Origin: an uncultured Deinococcales bacterium
GTDB taxonomy: Bacteria; Deinococcota; Deinococci; Deinococcales; JAAFIG01
DNA length: 11,554 nucleotides
NCBI GenBank assembly: GCA_964244895.1
Contig: CAXTKV010000014.1
Span: forward strand, 18,865 to 30,418
Direction: 5' to 3'
The position numbers and the translations under genes were made by a program. Positions 7,645-11,554 of the stretch are shown here, piece by piece; positions within the stretch are counted from its first letter, which is position 1, and the number at the start of each line of letters is the position of its first letter. A model generated the notes under the pieces. The model did not search any database. It was not told the origin of the DNA and was given only the letters and a program-made list of their open reading frames with translations.

Positions 7645-7649
7645 GGAAA

Positions 7650-8912
7650 TTACTTGTTGTTCGCGTTCCAGTAAGCGGCTGCGTCCTGAAGCGCCTGGAG
7701 CGGGGTTTTCTTGCCCAGGAACGCGGCTTCGATGTTGTCGTTGAAGTTCTTCAGGATCGCGTCGCTGTTCTTGGCGGGTGGCGTCCAGCCGGGGTTGATG
7801 AAGCCGCCGGTGGTGGCGACCATGTTGGTGGCCTTGGTGATCGCGTCGTCGCTCGCGCCGTCGAAGGCGGGGTCTTTCTCGGCGGCCTTGGTGGTCGGCA
7901 CGATCGGCACGACCTTGGCGAACTTGATCTGGTTGACGTTGTTGGTCAGGAATTGCGCGAACAGCGCGGCTTCTTTCTTGTTCTTGCTGGCTCTGGGCAC
8001 GACCACGTTGAACGCGCCGCCGGTCTGCACGCCCGCGCTACCGAGGGGCGCGGCCACGACTTTGGTCTTGGCGTAGATGTCCTTGCTCGAGTCTCGCACG
8101 CGCGTCAGGGCTTGCGGGCCACCGACGATGAAGGCGGCTTTGCCCTGCGTGTAGAGTTCGTTCGTGACCTGGAAGGCTTCTTTGCGCAGGATGTCCTGCG
8201 GGATCACGTCTTCTTTCATCAAATTGACGAAGGTTTGCAGCACGGCGGCGTGCTTGACGGTGTTGAACGCGGCCTGACCGTTGGTCGTGATCGGCAGTCC
8301 TTCCAGGAAGAACTGTCCGAGCATGCTCGCGCCGTTGGGGTCCTTGACGCTGGGAATCCAGCCGTAGGCGCCCGTCTTGCGTTTGATGATGCGCGAGAGG
8401 TTGATCAGTTCCTTGTTGGTGGTCGGCAGTTTGGTCAGTCCGGCCTTCTTGAAGAGTTCGCTGTTGTAGGCCATTACGCCCTGATCGACGTAGCCGTACC
8501 ACGGGAAGCCGTAGACCTTGCCGCCGATGGTGAAAATCTTGGTGACGTTCTCGTAGTAAGTGCTCTTGACGAAGTCCGCCGGGACGAGTTCATCCAGGGG
8601 CGTCAAGAGATTGCTTTGAACGGCGGCGAAGGTGCTGTCGTTCCAGAAATTGACCACGTCCGGGGCGTTCCCCAGGTTGATCTGGGCGACAAAATCGCGC
8701 TCGATGGTGTCCTGCTTGTCGACGTGCTTGACCTTGATGCCGGGGTTGGCTTTTTCAAAATCGGCGATCACGCCGTTGATGAAGCCGTCGAAGTTCGGGC
8801 TGAGGTACCACGTCCAGAATTCGATTTCGGTCGGTTGTTGGGCGCGGGCGGCCAGGAATCCGAAGCCGAGGCTCGCCGTGAGGATACTGGCTGCGATCAG
8901 ACGTTTTTTCAT
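7650..8912 (-). CDS. Sugar ABC transporter substrate-binding protein, transporter 1
   Basis: ATG 8912 with SD AGGAGG. Signal peptide ends in ARA-Q with no lipobox. Motifs IEFWTW, FEKANPGIKV, YGFPWY, YNSELFKKAG. Confidence 0.94.
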   Translation of the reverse strand: MKKRLIAASILTASLGFGFLAARAQQPTEIEFWTWYLSPNFDGFINGVIADFEKANPGIKVKHVDKQDTIERDFVAQINLGNAPDVVNFWNDSTFAAVQSNLLTPLDELVPADFVKSTYYENVTKIFTIGGKVYGFPWYGYVDQGVMAYNSELFKKAGLTKLPTTNKELINLSRIIKRKTGAYGWIPSVKDPNGASMLGQFFLEGLPITTNGQAAFNTVKHAAVLQTFVNLMKEDVIPQDILRKEAFQVTNELYTQGKAAFIVGGPQALTRVRDSSKDIYAKTKVVAAPLGSAGVQTGGAFNVVVPRASKNKKEAALFAQFLTNNVNQIKFAKVVPIVPTTKAAEKDPAFDGASDDAITKATNMVATTGGFINPGWTPPAKNSDAILKNFNDNIEAAFLGKKTPLQALQDAAAYWNANNK

Positions 8913-8946
8913 ACACCCTCCTGCTCGAGAACCGCTCGTTCGCGCG

Positions 8947-8970
8947 CTCGAGAACGCGCCGTCCGGGCGC
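8947..8970. repeat. Degenerate half-unit of the palindromic repeat family
   Basis: CTCGAGAACGCGCCGTCCGGGCGC resembles CTCGAGAACACCGTCCGGGACGC. Another CTCGAGAAC lies at 8924-8932. Confidence 0.5.
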
Positions 8971-8989
8971 AGGCGTGCACCTCGGGCGT

Positions 8990-9040
8990 TTGGAGTTTTA
9001 TTCCAACGAGAGTCTGTCAGTTGGAGTGTTACCCTGTCAA
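8990..9040 (-). promoter_or_regulatory. Putative promoter of the binding-protein/nanE operon, with a candidate operator
   Basis: Minus strand reads TTGACA (9040-9035), 18 nt, then CAGACT (9016-9011) preceded by TGn. The palindrome TTGGA-N7-TCCAA (8990-9006) covers the expected start site. Confidence 0.55.
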
Positions 9041-9104
9041 GGGGTGGCTCGATTCGGGACGCGTGAACAAAAAGATCGTCCTGGACACGATTTATCGAGA
9101 TTCG

Positions 9105-9134
9105 GAAAACACCGTCCCAGACGGTATTCTCGAG
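9105..9134. repeat. Near-consensus single unit of the palindromic repeat family
   Basis: GAAAACACCGTC-CCA-GACGGTATTCTCGAG. Confidence 0.85.
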
Positions 9135-9195
9135 CAGCCATTTTCAGCGTTCCGGGACGCTCCCGCGCGAACCCATCAAGTTTGGAGAGGACAAC

Positions 9196-10680
9196 ATGAT
9201 CAACCGACTCGTGATGGTGGACATTCCCGGCTACACCCTCTCGCCCGAAACGCGCGCGCACCTGGAGCGCTACAGACCGGGCGGCGTGATTTTATTCAAG
9301 AAAAACATTCAAACCCGCGATCAGGTGCGCGCCCTGACGGACGACCTGAAAAGCGTTCTCGGGCCGGAATTGCTGATCGCCATCGACCAGGAAGGCGGCG
9401 GCGTGCTGCGCACCAGCGACCTGCCATTCGCGCCATCGGCCATGAACCTCGGCGCGGCCAACGACGTTGAAAATGCCCGAGCCGTCGGCGCGCTGATCGC
9501 CCGAGGCTTGCGCGCCATGGGCATCAACTGGAATTTCGCGCCCGTGATGGACGTCAACAACAACCCGCAGAACCCCGTGATCGCGGATCGTTCCTTCGGG
9601 GAAAACCCGAAGCGCGTCGCGGAACTCGCGCTGGCCTACGCGGACGGGTTGATGTCGGAAGGTGTCGCGCCGTGCGCCAAGCACTTTCCGGGTCACGGCG
9701 ACACCTTCCAGGATTCCCACCACGACCTGCCGACGGTCGCGCGCACCCTCGAAAGCCTGGAGGAATTCGAGTTCGTGCCGTTCCGCGCGGCGGCAGCGGC
9801 GCAGCTTCCGGCGATCATGACGGCGCACATCGTCTACCCGGCGATCGACCCGGATTTGCCCGCGACGCTTTCCAGGAAAATCTTGACGGGCTTGCTGCGC
9901 GAACGCGGATTCGAGGGCGTGATCGTGACCGATTCGATGGGCATGAGCGCGATTGACCAGAACTGGGGTCGCGGCGAGGCCGCCGTCATGAGCCTGCTGG
10001 CGGGTTCCGACATGGTCGAAGCGCTCGGGTCGCTGCCATCGCAGATCGCGAGTATCGAGGCGCTGGAAAGCGCCGAAAAAGACGGCACGATTCCCGCCGC
10101 GCGCATCGCGGCATCCGTCGCCCGACTGCGCGACCTCGCGCGGCGCTTTCCCGCCGTGGCCCGCGATTACCCGCGCGATCTCGAGGCCGCCGACCGCGCC
10201 TTCGCGGTCGATGCCTGGGGAAAGGGCATCACGCTTCACCGCGACCCGATCATCCCGAAACCCGGCGCGCGCATCGCGTTGATTGCCGCCGAGGGCGTCC
10301 CCGGCGAGAACGTCGCGGAGGCCGGACTGGACGGCATGGAACTCGGGTTTCAACTGGCGCAGGTCTACGCGGTTGAACCGATTCTGTACGACATGTCCAA
10401 CCCCACGACATCGCTCCAGGCCGTGCGCGAGGCCCGCGCGGGCGGTGCGACCATCGTGTTTGCCGCCACCAGCCGCCACCGCCTTTCGCCCGCCGCGCGA
10501 GAACTGGCTCGAGCCGCGAAACCCGACCTGACGCTGGCGCTCTGGAACCCCTACGCGGTGGTGGACGTGGACGCGCCCGCAATCATCACGTATGGCTATC
10601 GGCCAGAGGGGATTCAGGCGCTCCTGCGCGTGATGCGCGGTGAAAAGAAGGCGTCGGGAGTCCTACCGATCGAGCTGTAA
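9196..10680 (+). CDS. nagZ: Beta-N-acetylhexosaminidase, glycoside hydrolase family 3
   Basis: NagZ signature KHFPGHGDTFQDSH, plus IAIDQEGG, FAPVMDV and the nucleophile region IVTDSM. SD GGAGAGG. No signal peptide; an extra C-terminal domain is present. Confidence 0.93.
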   Translation: MINRLVMVDIPGYTLSPETRAHLERYRPGGVILFKKNIQTRDQVRALTDDLKSVLGPELLIAIDQEGGGVLRTSDLPFAPSAMNLGAANDVENARAVGALIARGLRAMGINWNFAPVMDVNNNPQNPVIADRSFGENPKRVAELALAYADGLMSEGVAPCAKHFPGHGDTFQDSHHDLPTVARTLESLEEFEFVPFRAAAAAQLPAIMTAHIVYPAIDPDLPATLSRKILTGLLRERGFEGVIVTDSMGMSAIDQNWGRGEAAVMSLLAGSDMVEALGSLPSQIASIEALESAEKDGTIPAARIAASVARLRDLARRFPAVARDYPRDLEAADRAFAVDAWGKGITLHRDPIIPKPGARIALIAAEGVPGENVAEAGLDGMELGFQLAQVYAVEPILYDMSNPTTSLQAVREARAGGATIVFAATSRHRLSPAARELARAAKPDLTLALWNPYAVVDVDAPAIITYGYRPEGIQALLRVMRGEKKASGVLPIEL

Positions 10681-10685
10681 TGCCT

Positions 10686-10732
10686 GAGAACACCGTCCCG
10701 GACGCATGCCCGGAATTGCGTGCTGGACGGTG
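10686..10732. repeat. Inverted doublet of the palindromic repeat family between convergent genes
   Basis: GAGAACACCGTCCCGGACGCA (10686-10706) / TGCGTGCTGGACGGTG (10717-10732). Confidence 0.85.
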
Positions 10733-10754
10733 CCCGCGAGTTTATCGCCACGGG

Positions 10755-11180
10755 TCAAGCCGATGGAACGGACTCGGCGTGCTTTCTGAAATTCTCGAGA
10801 ATCGCCGACCAGCCCGCGCGCTGCATCTCGTGCGGGTTGGTTCCCTCGGGCTCGAAGCTTTCAACCAGCCTGGTCTTGCCGCCCGGAATCTCCTCGAAGC
10901 TCACGCGCATCAGACGCCCGTCACCGAGGGCGGATTCGATCAGGCGATGCTCGATCACCCTGCTGTGGGTGCCGCCGAAATCGAAGCCGAGGCTGCCATC
11001 CTTGGCAGCCATTCGGTAAGAGAACGAACCGCCGTCCCGAAGGTCGTTGGTGGCTTCTGGGCAGGCCCAATCTTCGGACGCGAAGTTCCATTGCGTGATG
11101 TGTTCGGGTCGCGTCCAGGCCGACCAGACGCTCGAGATGGGGCGGTCTATCACGGTTTCAATGACAATCGGATCGTTCAT
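10755..11180 (-). CDS. SRPBCC/AHSA1-like (START-fold) domain protein
   Basis: ATG 11180 with SD AGGAGG. Motifs VWSAWTRPEHITQWNFASEDW, DLRDGGSFSYRM and QRAGWSAILENF. Confidence 0.9.
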   Translation of the reverse strand: MNDPIVIETVIDRPISSVWSAWTRPEHITQWNFASEDWACPEATNDLRDGGSFSYRMAAKDGSLGFDFGGTHSRVIEHRLIESALGDGRLMRVSFEEIPGGKTRLVESFEPEGTNPHEMQRAGWSAILENFRKHAESVPSA

Positions 11181-11266
11181 CTGAACCCTCCTGTTTCGTT
11201 GCGGCACGCTTCGATCAGAACCATACCGCGCACGAACCCGGCGCGACCGCGAACAGATTTCAGGTC

Positions 11267-11287
11267 GCTCAGGACAGTCTTCTCGAG
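11267..11287. repeat. Degenerate half-unit of the palindromic repeat family
   Basis: GCTCAGGACAGTCTTCTCGAG compared with the family arm GTCCNGGACGGTGTTCTCGAG. Confidence 0.45.
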
Positions 11288-11369
11288 CGTTCGACCGGAG
11301 TTCGGAAGCCCGTTCTCGCGTCCGCAATCCGGGGGTGCGGTGTGATGATTCTGTCAGGCCACCTGGACG

Positions 11370-11398
11370 ATCATGAAACCACAAGCAATGCGCGTCAA
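11370..11398 (-). promoter_or_regulatory. Possible promoter for the SRPBCC gene
   Basis: Minus strand reads TTGACG (11398-11393), 17 nt, CATGAT (11375-11370). Confidence 0.3.
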
Positions 11399-11441
11399 AC
11401 GTCACGGGTGGTGACGCCGCACGCGCACCTGGAGGTGTCTC

Positions 11442-11554
11442 GTGATCGCCCAACTTTCCGCGACCATCGCACGGTTCAAATCGAGCTTTCGTCCGGCGCA
11501 CGAGAAGCGCCACGAACGATTGTTGAAGCGCACCAGGCGGGCGTTGCGCGCAGC
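11442..11554 (+). CDS. Probable 5' end of a gene of unknown function, truncated by the window edge
   Basis: SD GGAGGT at 11431-11436, GTG at 11442, and an open frame to the edge (MIAQLSATIARFKSSFRPAHEKRHERLLKRTRRALRA...). Confidence 0.4.
   Translation, partial: MIAQLSATIARFKSSFRPAHEKRHERLLKRTRRALRA

Noticed and set aside
9105..9134. Palindromic repeat as the RpiR operator
   Set aside because: It is GC-rich, also occurs between convergent genes and inside operons, and is absent from the promoter spacer at 3553-3703.
7953..9470. 505-aa plus-strand ORF
   Set aside because: Antisense to the binding protein and out of frame over nagZ; a typical GC-rich shadow ORF.
9292..10479. 395-aa minus-strand ORF
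   Set aside because: Antisense shadow of nagZ.
95..11287. Repeats as a CRISPR array or integron attC array
   Set aside because: Copies are dispersed and degenerate with no regular spacers, no cas or integrase gene is present, I saw no GTTRRRY core pattern, and the flanking genes form a coherent operon.
10680..11345. 221-aa plus-strand ORF as a real protein
   Set aside because: Begins in repeat DNA and is antisense to a well-supported SRPBCC gene.
1..11554. Transposase, phage, defence, tRNA or rRNA genes
   Set aside because: No recognisable motifs or structures for any of these in the window.

Overview
GC-rich, chromosomal-looking amino-sugar utilisation locus. The gene mix and non-lipoprotein binding proteins suggest a diderm bacterium, possibly Deinococcota (inference only). 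The minus strand carries a sugar ABC binding protein plus two permeases (8912-5445), nanE, an RpiR/MurR regulator, and a second binding protein plus two permeases (3552-238). A GH3 nagZ is divergent, an SRPBCC gene converges on it, and a probable gene start runs off the right edge. The genes belong to ordinary families; the unusual signal is between them. (1) All four closely spaced junctions of the minus-strand cluster (permease-permease twice, permease-nanE, nanE-rpiR) contain repeat-bearing spacers. Each spacer is spanned by a short ORF whose start overlaps the upstream stop and whose stop overlaps the downstream start, a possible translational relay. (2) A palindromic repeat family (idealised CTCGAGAACACCGTCC-N-GGACGGTGTTCTCGAG) occupies most intergenic regions, often as inverted doublets. 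(3) CTCGAG occurs about 42 times by manual count, roughly 10-fold above base-composition expectation, resembling a highly iterated palindrome. A separate GTAG-type REP doublet is also present.
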